A DNA stretch of 64,000 nt from Glaucostegus cemiculus (GCA_976551045.1 CDPCPM010000011.1:5642001-5706000), one strand, 5' to 3'; counted from the stretch's first letter, positions 40,193 through 54,261 are shown. Translations and numbers: made by a program. The notes: generated from the letters alone by a model not told the origin.

Positions 40193-40559
40193 AACACTAT
40201 GGTGATTATGAGGTGATATTGAACCAGGCAGTTGATTACAAGTATTATACATTATCTACCCCAAAAAGATCTATATGTGGGAGCAACTCAATCTGCCACA
40301 TATAAATAATCTGTTCAATGTGGACAAGGAATAATTAACAATTAGTATACAAGGGCCTATGGTTACACACAAAATTTCCTTATAGAATGAAGTTATCTCA
40401 GAAGACCTTCAAGCTACATGAATAAGACACTACAAGGTGTCGATCATTGTCCATGCAATCAGAAGACATACTAATACCCACAGCTACTGAAAAAGAAAGC
40501 CTTCCAATGTTTCAAACATAAAATTAAAAAGAGCATTTGTACAGAATGAAATTTAGTTT

Positions 40560-41450
40560 TAATATTCATTTTTAGGATCTGGATGTTACCAGCAGGGCCA
40601 GCATTTATTGTTCATTCCTAATTACCCTTTAAGAAGGTAGTGAGCTGCCACCTTGAACCACTGCAGTTCTTTTGGTGAAAGTACTCCCTCAATGCTGCTG
40701 AGCTGGGAGTTCAAATAATGATGAAGGACTGGTGATATATTTCAGGATGATATGTGACCTGAAGGCATTCCCATGTACCTGCTACCCTTGTCCTTCTTGG
40801 AGGCAGAGATCACAGGTGCTGTTGAGTAATCCAGGTGAACAACTGCAGTGCATTTTATAGATGGTACAAATGCAGCCACTGTGTGCCAGTCGTGGAGGGA
40901 ATTAACACTTGGAGTGGCGATAAGGTGCTAATTAAGTACACTGCTTTGTCCAGGTATTGAGCTTCTTGAAAGTTTTGGTGCTGGACTCAGCCACGCAAGT
41001 GGAGAGTGTTCTATCACACTCTTGATTTGTGCCTCACAGTTGGTGAAAAGACCTTGAAATATCAGGAGGTGAGTCACTTGCCACATAATTACCTGCTCTC
41101 TGGCCTGTTCTTGTAGACACGGTATTTAAGTAGCTGGCCCAGTTGAATTTCTGGTCAACAGTGACCAGCAGAATATTGATGTTGGGGGACCCAACATTGG
41201 TAATGCCTTTGATTATCAGGGCTAGGTGGTCAGATTCTCTCTTGCCAGAGATGGTCATTTCCTTGTGAATATTCCTTGCCATTTATCAATGTCTCACTTC
41301 ATGCATGGCTGCTTCATTTGCTGAGGAGTTGCAAAGAGAATTCAACTTTGTGCAATTATATGTTCAGATCCCAGTTATGATCCTAAGATGGAAGAAAGAT
41401 TACTGATGATAGCTGGGTCCAGGACAATGCCTTGAACTCCTGCTGATCTG
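40560..41450 (-). mobile_element. L2/CR1-group LINE 3' portion inserted in the Gypsy pol region
   Basis: Minus ORF 41034-41282 MTISGKRESDHL..PNINILLVTVDQKFNWASYLNTV..GQRAG (RT thumb region, LGVTIDxKLNWxxHI); 3' end antisense GGCCAGCATTTATTG..CCTAATTACCCTT. Confidence 0.85.
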
Positions 41451-42749
41451 AGTTTCCTTAGAATTTGTATAGATGCAAATTGATTACAACTGGTCAAAAA
41501 AAAAGCAAGAGCAATTGCAAAAGCAAAGAAAGAAGAAAATATTCAAAATTGCACAACCAAGTCTTGAAGACATCTTTGCAGTGTAGAAAATAGTCAAGGA
41601 GATCTTTCCAAAGGGTAAACCTTTGACTATTGTGAGAAAGGGATTGATAAGTATAATATTCATAGATAGTCACTTAAACTGAATCAACATGTTGAATTCT
41701 GTACTGCAGCAGAATGTAGATCCATTTTCTCATGTCATGGCTTACCAGAAAATTTAGTCTCAGATGACAGTCCTCAGTTTCACTTATTTATATTTGAGTG
41801 CTTTATGAAACAAAATGTTATTAATTTACTGTATCATGTAGCATCAAGCAGTGTAACGGACAGATCAGTGAGAGTTGGCAAAGAAACACTGAAGGAACAA
41901 GTATTACAAGAACACTTGAGTCTAACTATGAGACATCGATCAGCAAACTTTTTGATAAATTAAACAATGACGGCACATTCCACATTATACTCATGCTGCG
42001 ATACTAATGCATGGAAGACTCAAGAGTGCAACTCAGCTCAGTTGTGCCAAATCTTAAGGGGAAAGTAGAAAAGAAGCAGTTGAGACAAAAACAAAATTAT
42101 GACTCAACGTACAGACAGACACGTTGATCAACATGATAAAGTGTTCATATTAACACCACTAAATACTCTAACATTTGGAAATGGAATATTATGCAGTACA
42201 GAGAGAAATCTTGTGAAAATAACAGGTAGAATTAGAAGCGTAGATAAATCATTGCTAAAGATATGTAAGGGACTGTTGAAGAATTTTGTTATCATGACTG
42301 TACTCGAGAAATTGATCTTGGGTGGTGGCTGTGGCAAGAACAATACAAGGTTTGACTGAATTATGTCAGGAAATTAATATAGTACAAATGGAACATGTTT
42401 CTTTCTGGAGATCAAAAATTTTCAGAAAACCTGTAGAGAGGCTAAATCTGTAAATAATGCAAATTAATCTTCAAAAGGAGGAAGACACTGCAGTATATGT
42501 AAATGTGTACTGTTTGTTTGATAAATACAGATAGGACAGTTGAAAAGAGTGGAATTAACAGGATGTGAATGTTTTAAAGTTCTCCATTTCTCTTAGCAAC
42601 TCATTATTTTCCTGGCATTACCTGCAGTTAGAATAGGAATAGATTGTTTTCAATAATGCTGGTAGCTGTGTTCGCTCTAAAACTTGCTCTTTCTCCAATC
42701 TTGGGATCTTTATTGCTTATATTTTTATCTTTTATCTACCTCTTTCTTC

Positions 42750-43470
42750 CAACAATAACTCCTCCCTTCCTTTTGTGGTTTCTCTCTATCTCTAACTGCA
42801 GGTCTCTGCTGACATCTATTCTAAACCCAGATGACAACCACTCCCTGAAGTATGTTTCTACTCTTTCTCCACCATCTTCTATCTCCTGCATCAGAGTCTC
42901 CAAAATTATCTTCATCTCTTCTCCGATCTTGCCTTTCCATTTCTCAAATCTCTGGCCTGACCCTGCCTCTCTTATTATCTGCAGAATCCTGGGACTCAAC
43001 TCCCATCTCATCAGCCTCTGTGGTCTCTGCCTTCACTGGACCTACTTATGACATCACTGCCATGCATGAGATAAACACCCACTTAAAACACATTGCCTTC
43101 TGACCCCTGCTTTCTGTAGGGACTGTTCTCTCTACCCCTCATTTCCTTCACTCCTGTATTCAAATACAGAGGAAACAAAACCTATCTGTTAGATACTACT
43201 CACATCCCTAAATATTCCTTGGTGACAATATCTCATTCAAATTGTTTATTTCCATTAATCCAGTATGTGACACTTGTTACTCATGGTGCAGAGTTTCATG
43301 GTGGAAGCTAAATTTAGTTTGTGACTACTTTTTGGACATCTCCATTTTGCTTGTAAATATGACCACCTAGATTTCTGGGCTTCCTGTTGGGCATTTCAAC
43401 TCCCGCTCTGGCTATTCTATCATGGACTGTATACCCTGTTCTAACCAAACTCAGTTCAAGCCCAAGGATT
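42750..43470 (+). mobile_element. Highly decayed Penelope-like fragment
   Basis: CTGACATCTATTCTAAACCC, CCCATCTCATCAGCCTC, TGCTTTCTGTAGGGACTGTTCTCTC and CTTCCTGTTGGGCATTTCAACTCC occur in the same order as their counterparts in 4610-5300. Confidence 0.6.
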
Positions 43471-43489
43471 CTATTCTATTGTTTTCATT

Positions 43490-43940
43490 TTTCAGGATTT
43501 GGACATCCCTGGTAAGGTCAGCATTTATTGCTCATCTCCAGTTGCTCGAGAAAGTGTGGTGAGCTGCCAAATTGAACTGATGAGTACTTCTAGTGGAGGC
43601 ATTCCCACAATATTCTTGGGGAGGTAGTTTCAGGATTTAGACTCAGAAACAATGAAGAAACTGGGATACATTGCCCAGTTGGGATAGTGTGGGACTTGGA
43701 GGAGAATCTGCAGGCCATGCTGCTCATGTGCACCTGCTGCCCTTGTCCTTCCTCAGGGCAGAGGTTGTAGGTTTGGGAGATACTGTTTGATTAAACTGGG
43801 TAAGTAATCACAATGCAATATGGAGATGGTACACATTGCAGTCTTGGTGCATTGGCGATGGAGCAAATAACTGTTTAGGGTGGTAGATGGACTGCTAGTC
43901 CTGTGTCTTAGATGAATTTGAACTTTTGGAATGTTAGCTG
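43490..43940 (-). mobile_element. Second copy of the LINE 3' end seen at 40560-41000
   Basis: GGATTTGGACATCCCTGGTAAGGTCAGCATTTATTG..GTGAGCTGCC..CACCTGCTGCCCTTGTCCTTC..GATGGTACACATTGCAG is collinear with 40575-40960. Confidence 0.8.
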
Positions 43941-44203
43941 ATTGACCAAGTGTTAACTGCCCCTTTCAAGGATAGAGTTGGATATGAAGGAGAGACTTGG
44001 AGGCTGAGAGTTCTAGAAGAAAGAACTGAAGGCACAAACTGATAGTGTTGAAGCCATTAAAGTTGTGGATGAGTATGAAACCAAAATTGGAGTGCAACTA
44101 TCTCAGAGGGTTGCAGAGTAAGCAGAGCTCATCACTGGCTGTAGGTTTGTTGAGGTAGACATTTATTTCCTAAGGCAGACATTTATTGCCAAGCAATATA
44201 CAG

Positions 44204-44207
<4 letters not shown>

Positions 44208-44267
<60 letters not shown>
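44208..44267. repeat. (TA)n microsatellite, ~30 units
   Basis: Direct observation. Confidence 0.98.
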
Positions 44268-44270
<3 letters not shown>

Positions 44271-46059
44271 AAAGCTTAATATGAGGGCAAATGTGGTGTA
44301 CTGTAGTTTTTAATAATTTGCTAGAATTACGAAAAGTATCTGCTGCTAAGAGTTGACAAGTCATTCCTAGTTTGAAGAGCCATGAATATAATCTCCCGGT
44401 TATGTGCTGATTGTTTACTCTAGATCAATGTAATTAGCTGTTCTAAAGGATGTAAATATTCCCTATGCTGTATGACAAGGATTGGTATCATAAACTGCTG
44501 GTTTTTAAGTTTACACTGAGAGCACAAAAACTCCCTCAACTCCTAACTAATGATTTCAAGTTGGCATTTCATGTTATTAAATATGACTCATGTGAATTTA
44601 CTGTACCTCGACTACTGCAGTATAAAATATTTTAAGGGTTCCATCTAATTGCATTTAATGGGGGATTTACAAACTTCCTCTTGACAACCATTGAAAGTCC
44701 TAAATAAAGTGGTCAGTAGGGATTAACACCATATGTAAGGAGCAGTTAAGAAATTTTAATGCAGGTGAGAAAAGGAAAGAAGGTAAATATTACAGTACCT
44801 AACTGGCTAAGGCAAATATTTGGGATTACGGCAAATAGATTTATCTTATCCTAAAAGCTGAAGTCAAGGGGAGGGAAGATTGAAGGATTCAACTATCCAG
44901 GTGAGGAAATTCTGAGAAAAAAGTATCAATTATGGATTATTGGGTTTAATTAAGTTTAACACTGTATCTAATTATTTATATAAATCATTATTCTATTTTA
45001 TTGATTGGCCCTTGCTATATCAGTGCTGGATATGTATGAATAAATGGCATTATTATATATTATGATGAGATGACAAAATTAGCATTAATTACTTAGACTG
45101 GAATTTCCTCTTCTCTTGTGCTGTTGATAACATGTGACAGAACAGGAACTGGAATGCCCTTGTGACCTCAGCATCTAGGACACTGGTGGTGGGTGAGACT
45201 AGAGGTTTGCCTCAAAACTGGACATATTTGTATCTTTTTATATGCACATTGGACAAAATGAACATGTGTTTTGAAGTGTTTGTTCCCATTTTCTGATGAA
45301 GTGTAGCCCATTGGGAAACTAGACTGGAACTTCAGATCATGATTCACATTAGTCTGGGTGTCACTTCCCAGTCATAACCTGTGCATATCATCTAGCTGGG
45401 TCATTATTACCTTCCTGGCAGGAACTGGATCAAAAGTTAGTGGTCGACAACCTTACTTTTCACTTCTTGTTGAAGGGCAAACCATACAAGAAGTTGGAAA
45501 CAATTTGCAATTTAAAATGAGGGAGGTGGATTTCGTGAACACTGACTTATTCTTCTGTCTACATGCAACACTGGCAAAGATCACAGAACCTTGCCACTGT
45601 GCATAAACGGTGTGATAATGGTCTCAATGATGTTTGGAGCCATGTAACATGAGGCTTAATTGGAATTCACAAGAGCATGCAGAGAGTCTCCATAAGGAGT
45701 CAAGAGGACCATATCCTCAATCTCATGTGAAGGGCACCATATCCCAGTCTTTAACCCTCCCAACACATGCAGCCTTTATGCACCTGTAATGTGGCAATAT
45801 TGATATGATATGTGCATTGGACACGTGGTAGATGGAGGGACAAGTGTCTGGTGGGAAAGGTTCAAGAGACCAGCACCGTATCAATAATAAGGCTTCATTT
45901 AACTGAAAACCGTGAGATCTCAAACCTAAATAAGCACTGGTAGGCAGCTCGCCAGTCAAGGAAGGTAGAGCAGAAAAGTAATAATCCATCAGCAGAGCCG
46001 AGTCAGAAGGCAACTCTTAAAGGGGAAGGCCATGTTGAATTGGGTGAGTGGGGAAGAGG

Positions 46060-46430
46060 CAGAGGAAGGGTAATGAGATTCAGAGGTGTCTTGATAGGAT
46101 TGATGTGGAGAGCACATTTCCTCTTGTGGAAAATCTGCATGAGGAATCTCTGTTTCAAAACAAAAATAAGGGGTATTCCATTTTAGAGGCTTGAGGTGAA
46201 TTTATTTTTCTTAGAATGTTGTGAGACTTTGGAACTCCTTTCCTCAAAGATGGTGGAAGTATTTGTTTCAGACAGAGGTGATTGATTCTTGATAAGTAGG
46301 AGTTGAAAAGTTATTACAAGTAGACAGGAATGTAAGGTGAGGTTATAATCAAATCAGCCATGGTCTTATTAAATGGCAAAGGAGGCTTGAAGGGCCAAAT
46401 GGTCTATTCCTGCTCCTGATTTGTAAGTTC
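46060..46430 (+). mobile_element. CR1 LINE 3' fragment
   Basis: GATAGGATTGATGTGGAGAG..TTTCCTCTTGTGG..TTGTGAGACTTTGGAACTC..GGCTTGAAGGGCCAAATGGTCTATTCCTGCTCCT; collinear with 63710-64000. Confidence 0.85.
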
Positions 46431-46669
46431 ATGCTTTGATAATGGTCAGGAGCACTTTCCTGATGTTAGATTGAATCTATAAGCTGGACTTGCTTATAGT
46501 AATGAGACTTAAAATTTATTTCTTTGACATGGCAACTGTTTCAAGGTTTGGACTGGAATGGCAGTGAGCAGAAAGGCAGAAGGACATTTTTTAACTAGCC
46601 ATAGTCCCAAAGGCAAGAGATGATAGAGAACCCACAATCGTTTCCATTCTGTTTCACTGAATGACGATC

Positions 46670-46846
46670 AGAAATGACAATAAGAGAAATGTTTCTTTTT
46701 CCCTTGTCTTAGCATTGCTGAGGCTAATTTTCCATCTTGTGCAACATCAGGTAGTTGTTCTTAAATCAGGGATATAACCCGCCCTCTGATCTATTTGGCT
46801 TTGTACCATTCTGCACAGTATGCTTATTCACAGATCCATTGGGGAG
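46670..46846 (-). mobile_element. Ancient tRNA-SINE 5' remnant (same family as ~31.3-31.5 kb)
   Basis: TTTTTCCCTTGTCTTAGCATTGCTGAGGCTAATT, followed by an antisense decayed tRNA-like head ending ..CAGATCCATTGGGGA. Confidence 0.35.
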
Positions 46847-49800
46847 GAAACAGTTTCTGTCTGAATGTCAGTTAATTGGAATCAGAAATACCTCAAATAA
46901 AATCCTTGACCTTAGTCAATGCATTAGCTAATCCATGGTATTACTGACGACATTCTGTACTGATGTTTGAGTCTGTGTTCCTTGACATGTACAGTTTCAG
47001 GGCACATGATTAAAAAAAAGATGTTTAAATATAGCAAGGAGCAATGTTTTGGTGTCATGGTGCTTTGTATTATGAGCAAGGGTTACTTCTGTGTGATTTT
47101 TCACATAATGAGTATTAGTTACCTGAAAGAGGCTATGCCATTCCTTAAGGGAAGGAAATCTGTTCCTTGTGACTGACTGAAGAGCCACATTTCGAACCAA
47201 TGAGATGATCTCTTAAAACAAATGTGTAGGTTCATGGGAGCATAGAACACTAAAATCTGTATAGCATAATTGATAACCGCACAAAAAATGCAGGCTAATT
47301 TCATTTTCAAAAGAGACATATTCATCTAAAGCCAGCTGTTTTATGTTAAGATTATGTAAGTACAATGGATGGGTAGATTTTACCAAGAGGATACTTCTCT
47401 CAAAACAAAAACTCCACTAGGAAATCTTACTCCTTTCAAAGTAAGTACAATTCTGAGTGTTGTGTGCTGATTAAAACACATATATCTTAATGGGGGTAAG
47501 GATCACATTTTCTTCATTTCCAACAGCCTAAAAATATTGTTTAATTTGCAATCAGAAGGTTAATGTGACTTGCCAAAGCCATCACGTGCTTGTGCGATGA
47601 ACGGCATCTAGTCTAATGGGCAATCTCCAGCTGATTACATATTCAGCAATTCTGTGGAAATTAGATTTTATTAATTTAATTCAGCTGAAAAGCAGCATGC
47701 CATAATAAAATGAAATTTGTAACTCTTGCACAGTTAAATTAGCTAAATAGAGAGGAAGGAGATGGCAGAGAATTGACCCCAATCCCTTAAACTCTAATCA
47801 GAAGGCGAACTCTGCTGCTAACAAAGCTGAAGGTGAAATGTAGGAATAGATCAGATGAGCTGACACAGGCCATGGGTCTCTGTGTGGGACAGCTTCTTGG
47901 TATCACATAGAAGTGTACACAAAGTTTCTGTAAATAACTCGAGGCGCATGTAGGTAGCAGGCAAATGCCAAAAGAAAGAATCCCTTGTGTCTAACAATTA
48001 ACATCTTCAGTTTAAAGCTAATTCTTTGGTTCCAATTAGAGCCAAATTAATCAGCACTTTGCACTGTAAATTGTGTGCTAGTTTTTAAATTGCAGCTGGA
48101 GATTCATTGGCACAATGTGCTTAACTCTAATAATGTTAGTTTCCTCTAAAACTCAAGGAAGTTAATATTAGTTTCCATCCAGCACCATTTGTGCTAAGGT
48201 TATGGGTTTTCATGTTTTTGCATGTAGATCAGTTTTATCTATTAAGTCACCTGCACCAACTTTTGTTCATTAATCTGAGAGCTGTGTTCGCTGTCAGGAT
48301 CCCAAGGATAAGGAGCAGAGGGTGCTGATGAACCAGAAGTTTTTCTTAACCTATTCTGTGTTGCAAAACTTAAATAGCTTCATGACAAATGGCAGTAAAA
48401 AGACTTTCTGAACTATGTTTATTGCACTTAATGTACTTTGAGATCAATAAAATGCTTGGAAAGAGCATAGTTATATAATACATGTCTTATAAAATACATG
48501 TGACAGGTTGATGGCATTCAAAGCAAAGATATCTATATTAGAATATAAATAAAAGAAAAATTATATATATATATTGAAATAAAATGTGCCACAGGACATG
48601 CAGTATGTATTTTACTTATTCACTTTATCCCTCCATTAATATATTATAAACAATACGTCAGCATAACCACACATCATATAGCAGGCATCTCACTACCTTA
48701 CTGAGCCAGAGTAATCTTTAAAGGGCAAAGGAACTATAGAGACTTAAGGCTTGGTGAATTAGTACAAACAAAGGCTTCAAAACACCTTCATGCAATCCTA
48801 AAAGATGTTGTGTAGTTGAAAGTCAGCTTAACCTACAATAAAGCCACATAGTTTGTGTTTCTGGGTGTCTGACATCTGGCAGGAAATTTGATTCACAACC
48901 TTGGTGGGATTCGCTGAAGCTCTCCCATGTGACATGTGCAAAAATTTCATCTGTGCAATTTTCAACATAACTGCTCTTCTTTGCACCAAGAAGACCCAAG
49001 AGTTACTTACCATGATTCCCTTAGAAGTGTGCTCTTTAAAGGGTGAACACACAAACTGTATGCTTTGTCCTAATCCAGACCTGTGACCTCCCACTACCTC
49101 AGACCAATATTCATGGACTGCTTTGCCCACAATGTCTGGGTCAATTTTGGCTTCTGAGCCTCAGGATCACTCCTTGATTTCTGCAGCATCTCATAGCTGC
49201 ATTAGGGACATTACTTAAGCAAAGAAGACCTCTTTAAGCCTACATGAGTGGTCAGAGTGAACAAAGGGATTTGCTTCCATTGCAGAATTCCCCAAAGTGT
49301 AGGAATTCATGGGCTGTACTCGTGACCTAAAAGAGACCACCATGACATTCTACTGCCAGCAGTGCCTGGCTTCAGCCCTGAAGGATTTTCATGACTCCTT
49401 TGCACAAAGAACATGCCTCTGATAAGAACTGCTCTTCACCAGTGGCTCTTGGTCTCTCAGACTCCTCGGAACATTCTCTCTACCACCCATCACTGCAGCA
49501 TCCATTCATTCACAACAGTCCCCAGTAGCTGGAGGAATGTTCAGCTTGGTTTTCCACAAGAAAATCCAATAATGCTGCTCTCTGAACCTGACAACTGAAA
49601 ACCTCTATCTTCATAGATTTTCACAACCAGCTTAAGGTTGACCCACAATGTTGTTTTAACACCATTAAAAGCCCGTGAAGCATTTCTGAACCAACGATTC
49701 GACATGAGTCACCAGAACTAGTTTTCCTAAAAATGATTACAAATTTTATCTTAAAGGGACATGGTTCCAGCTTGTGCACTAAACGGCATCAACCATTGCC

Positions 49801-50397
49801 CATGTAAAGCAGCATATCACATGGTTTACTCTGAGAAATTAGGTGAAGTAATATTCATGAACCACACGTTATCAGATTTCGCAATGATTTACTGCTCAGC
49901 TTCCAGACAGCCACATTCTGTGTACATCAAATACCACTGCTACATCTGCTGACTGTAGGTTTATGCCACAGTGCACAGATCTTGATTGTCTGTCACATTC
50001 TGATCTGATGGGTGGGGAAGAGTCAGTCTTCCCACTTGGTCAGGTGCTGGATGGGAGGCACTGCTACAAGTGGTTGGGTCTCCACTTTCCCCTTGTATAT
50101 CATTCAGGCAATTTCAATCTCAGCACAAAAACTACAGCCTAACGGTCTGAATATCCTCCTTCAAAAAGCACTATGTCACTCCTGACCTGAGACACAAATA
50201 ACATTTACCTTCAGAAGATACTATAACTCTTGAATGCTTTTGGCACATTGTTTTGAGAAACAATTCAGTGTAACAGAGACTCTTACAGGTGAGTGAACTT
50301 TACTAACGATGACAGGAAACCTACAATTACTCAGATGATGCCTTATAAATCTACGGCTAATGAATGAGCTTAAAAAAAAACAATTTCAAATGGAAGC

Positions 50398-50655
50398 ACC
50401 ACACAAAAGGAGCTGGAAGGACTCAGCAGGTCAGGCAGCATCTATGGAGGGAAATGGACAGTCAATGTTTCAGGTCGAGACCCTTCGTCGTGTCTGGAAG
50501 GAAAGAGGGGAGATAGCCAGAATAAAGCAGTGGGGGTAAGAGGTGAGCAAGAGCTGGCGGGTGATAGTTGGATCCAGGTGAGGGGTGATAGGCAGATGAG
50601 GGAGGGGGAGAGTGGGAATGATGTAAGAAGCTTGGACATGATAGGTAGAAGTGAC
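50398..50655 (-). mobile_element. Penelope 3' UTR/pseudo-LTR fragment with hammerhead remnant
   Basis: Collinear with 5610-5840; reverse complement ..ACGACGAAGGGTCTCGACCTGAAACATTGACTGTCC keeps stem II (GGTC/GACC) and GAAAC. Confidence 0.88.
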
Positions 50656-51709
50656 ATGTGTCTTTAAGTGGAAACATGTGCCCTCACCTGGCATCAATTT
50701 AACCAAGTACAACATGCTAATAATCCAAATAAATATTCACTACTTTAAAAATGGTTTTGTGCATTTGACATTTGCCGTTTTGCAAAAGATAAATCAGGAA
50801 TGAAAGTGAGCTGGTAAAGACATCCTTCCCTCACGTAAGTGTATGCCAGTCCTGTATGCTCATTAACTCGATCATCAGACAATCCTCATGCAACTGAAAC
50901 ACACTATTTTCATTTTGAATTGGTTATCAGTAAAGAGATATATTCTAAGATGCACCACAAAGAAACTAAGCCTACCATTTTATATATTGTGGCTTTTCCT
51001 TCCTTCTTTGAAATGACATGGGCAGCTCACACCCTGCAAGAAGATAAAGCATATTCTGGCCCCACTGTTGCTTCAGTTGGTTGTGCTGATTTTGTCAATT
51101 ATTGTCCACACATTCTAGTTACTGTTCTGTAAAGCTTGTATCTATTTCTCTTTGTGTGTCCTGTTGGAGGGTATGGATCACCTTTGATGTGGTAGGACAA
51201 GCACACGTCATCTGCTGTTTTTGAATGATACATGTATGCATTGTGTACCTTACAGTTGAGTATCCAGACCTGGCAGCTTGTGAGCTGCCTTTGAGTCAAT
51301 GAAGTTTATTGGAACAAATTCCCACCTTGGCTATGATCTGTGGCTGCATCACAAATGTGATATTAGTGTAAAACAGTTTCCCTTTATACTTTTGTTATGG
51401 ACACAAAATAAATCTGGAATCAGGGTCTTAGTATTTGAATGAAATTACAAAGGAAATGGAATTGACCTGATTCTTCAGTCTCTGATATCCAAGAGATTTC
51501 TCCAAATGCTCATGTGCAACCCCAGTTTAGCAGCACTTTTTTTAGTGATTTAAACAGAAAAGCAAAGAAATATTGCCTGTAGTAAACACCTCTTATTAAC
51601 AGAAAGGGTTAACTACTATAACCAGTTACAAATATAAATGGTTACCCCAAAAACTGAGCAATTTGAAGTGCACATCATTATGAGTGCACACTTATTAGAA
51701 CTGTAAAGG

Positions 51710-52188
51710 TTCTTGCAAATTTCTATGGATGTATGGTGGAGAGCATGCTTATCGGTTGCATCACCACCTGGTATGGAGGCTCCAATGTGCAGGATCAAAA
51801 GAGGCTGCAGAGAGTTGTAGACTCAGCCAGCTCCATCATGGGCACAACCCTCCCTGCCATTGAGGACATCTTCAAGAGGCAGTGCCTCAAGAAAGGGGCA
51901 TCCATCATTAAGGACCCTCACCATCCAGAACATGACCTTTTCACATTACTACCATCGGGGAGGAGGTACAGGAGCCTGAAGACCCACACTCAATGTTTCA
52001 GGGACAGCTTCTTCCCCTCTGCCACCAGATTTCTGAACCGTCCATGAACCCTACCTCATTATTCATCTTTTGCACTATTTACTTATTTTTGTAACTTCTT
52101 GGAATTTTTATGTCTTGCACTGTACTGCTGCTACAAAACAACACATGTCATGACATATGTCAATGATAATAAATCTGAATCTGATTCT
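51710..52188 (+). mobile_element. 5'-truncated Rex1/Babar LINE with open ORF end
   Basis: ORF 51733-52047 VESMLIGCITTWYG..LQRVVDSASSIMG..IIKDPHHP..LLPSGRRYRSLKT..FRDSFFPSA; tail AATAAATCTGAATCTGATTCT. Confidence 0.93.
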
Positions 52189-53149
52189 TTGCAATGAGCA
52201 CACCATTTCCTATTACTGAAGTTAAAGGTTACTTGACACTGCAAATACACTGCAGAAACAATGTGAGTAGTTGTGTTTGATTCTGAGCTAAATTCATGAT
52301 CCCATTTTAGTAATTAAGAAATGTAATAATGTCTTTTGCCCAACTGATCTAAGCTAAACCATGAATAAAAACATTCATAATGATTTACCCACCAATGTCC
52401 CTTACTGGTTCTATTTCTTTCCATGATCTAACTTGTATCAGACATTGACATTGTTATTGATTCAACTAATAATCCTGGATTTGAAACTCAGATTCTCAAA
52501 GCTCCCTGAATAAATAAAAGATTTCTCTTATCCCCTGTTCTAAATTTCTTACAGGAACTTTTGGACCCATGGCCTCCATTCTTAACAGTTCCATAACCAG
52601 AATACAACTGGCTTCTACCTAATTTGTCTCCTCATCTCACAAACCTAAATACATCCCTACTTGGTTTGATGCAAGTACAATCCAATTTTCAATACTCTCC
52701 ATGTATCTGAATTTCCATAAACCTGGTAAATCTAAGTCTGTATTTTGTCTTCCCTGAAGCTTCAACATCCTTCAAAAAGCATAGAGTCCAAAAATGCACG
52801 CACACAGTCAACAAATAAAGCTCAGTGGTAGGCTAACATTAGTCCTGGCTTCTGTAGTTTCTAACTCTTGTGATGAAACCTAGAATTTTATTATTTCTCT
52901 GATGACATTATTAACTTGAAGTGGTACCTTTAATGTCCTGTGTCTGGATATCAAATAGCTCTGCTCTTCCACAGAAGTGATCTTACTTCCATTCAGAATT
53001 AATTAATGCAATTTTAGCAAAATAAATCACTTGATATGTGCTGACATTGAATTCCACCTTCCATTTTATCTGATTTTCCCATCTTATCAATACCCCATTA
53101 GAATTAACTGTACCTCCTATTTTGTATTATATTCAAATCCAGACACTAC

Positions 53150-53420
53150 TCCTTCCAGACCTAATTATTTTAATGTTCTCCTGGCTGGCCTCTATCACAT
53201 GTCCTCCATAAATTTCAATTTCTACAACACTATGCAGTCTATTTCCTATTCCACACAAAATTCTACTTACCCATCACATCTGTCATTGCTGATCAACATT
53301 GTCTCTCAACACCTCAAATTAAAAAATCTTTGTATTTAACTATGTCCCACACTCCAACACCCCACCAGTCTACGTCTTTGGCCTTCAACTCCTCCTACTG
53401 GATACACAATTCCTCAGACT
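53150..53420 (+). mobile_element. L2 LINE fragment
   Basis: SRPNYFNVLLAGL resembles SRLDYSNALLAGL; CCCATCACATCTGTCATTGCTGATC resembles PITPVLADL. Confidence 0.6.
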
Positions 53421-54261
53421 CTGTCCTCTTCTGCAGCCCTTTTGGCCCTCTCATTAGCAGTCACACTTTCAACCATCTAGACCTTACCACCCCCCCACCC
53501 CCCTCCTGCTTACTCCTCGTTTTCTTATTACTCAGGAACTACCCGATTTGTCTAATCGGTTGCTTTCACTAACGGATGAAATGAAGATAAGTGGCAACCT
53601 GAGGTGTGCTTTGCTGAAACCCCATGTGCACAAGAAGTTGCTTGATTCCTTGTCAGCTGTGCTTTTGTAAGAACATTCTCTACAAAAATCTGACTGAAGC
53701 CATTGCTCTGGTATTTCATTATTCAATAATAAATCAATTAGTGAATACATTGTGTGATGCATGAATGATGTTTTTGGAATTACTGGAATGCTCTGTGATA
53801 TCCAACACCTGATCTGCTGTGTATGTATATGATGAGTAGAGAGGGTAGATGTGATAAACAATCATTTTCACTTGCCTTTACTGGGGTCATGCTTTCCCTT
53901 TGTCTTTTCCTAAATCCCATCAGGAACATGGCAACTCTACAGTGCCAACACTGCTCAACAACAAGTTAGATGCCTATGAACAAATTAGAGTACTTTGAAG
54001 ACTGGCTTCTAACTAAACAAGGTTAAATCTTAGAATGAAATAAACATTTCCAAGTGACCTACAATTGTTTACATGAAGTAAAGTAGTTTGCAACCATTAA
54101 TCAAACAGGTTAATGGATAAATCAAAGATTGCAATCTAACATTGCAAACACTGCTGAACACAAAGTGAACTCATTTTGAATGAGTTAGAGTACTTTGTGT
54201 TTTAGGGGCTTCTGGACTGGAGGGCACGAGTTGATTTTAAGGGCCTGAGTTATCAAAAGTG

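Larger units (their letters stand above)
33900..42560 (+). mobile_element. Second degenerate Ty3/Gypsy retrotransposon, split by nested insertions
   Basis: gag FCNFAIF*DKVLCDEFV..TFDLACKTEIFMEMA (~34695-34850) and decayed Zn knuckle (~34960-35050); protease-like IDVAANCSI (~35345) and PAFINKGRFRELKEDW (~35550-35593); RT SVPYALKKQLEKELDK..AAPTAVVP (39757-39875) resuming YGDYEVILNQ (~40198); integrase IFSCHGLPENLVSDDSPQF..FMKQN (41725-41820); purine tract AAAAGGAGGAAGA at ~42473. Confidence 0.85.

Noticed and set aside
44750-45100. Possible very old CR1 RT remnant (LIIYINH; similar weak signal at 52500-53100 on the minus strand)
   Set aside because: Too degenerate to call by eye.
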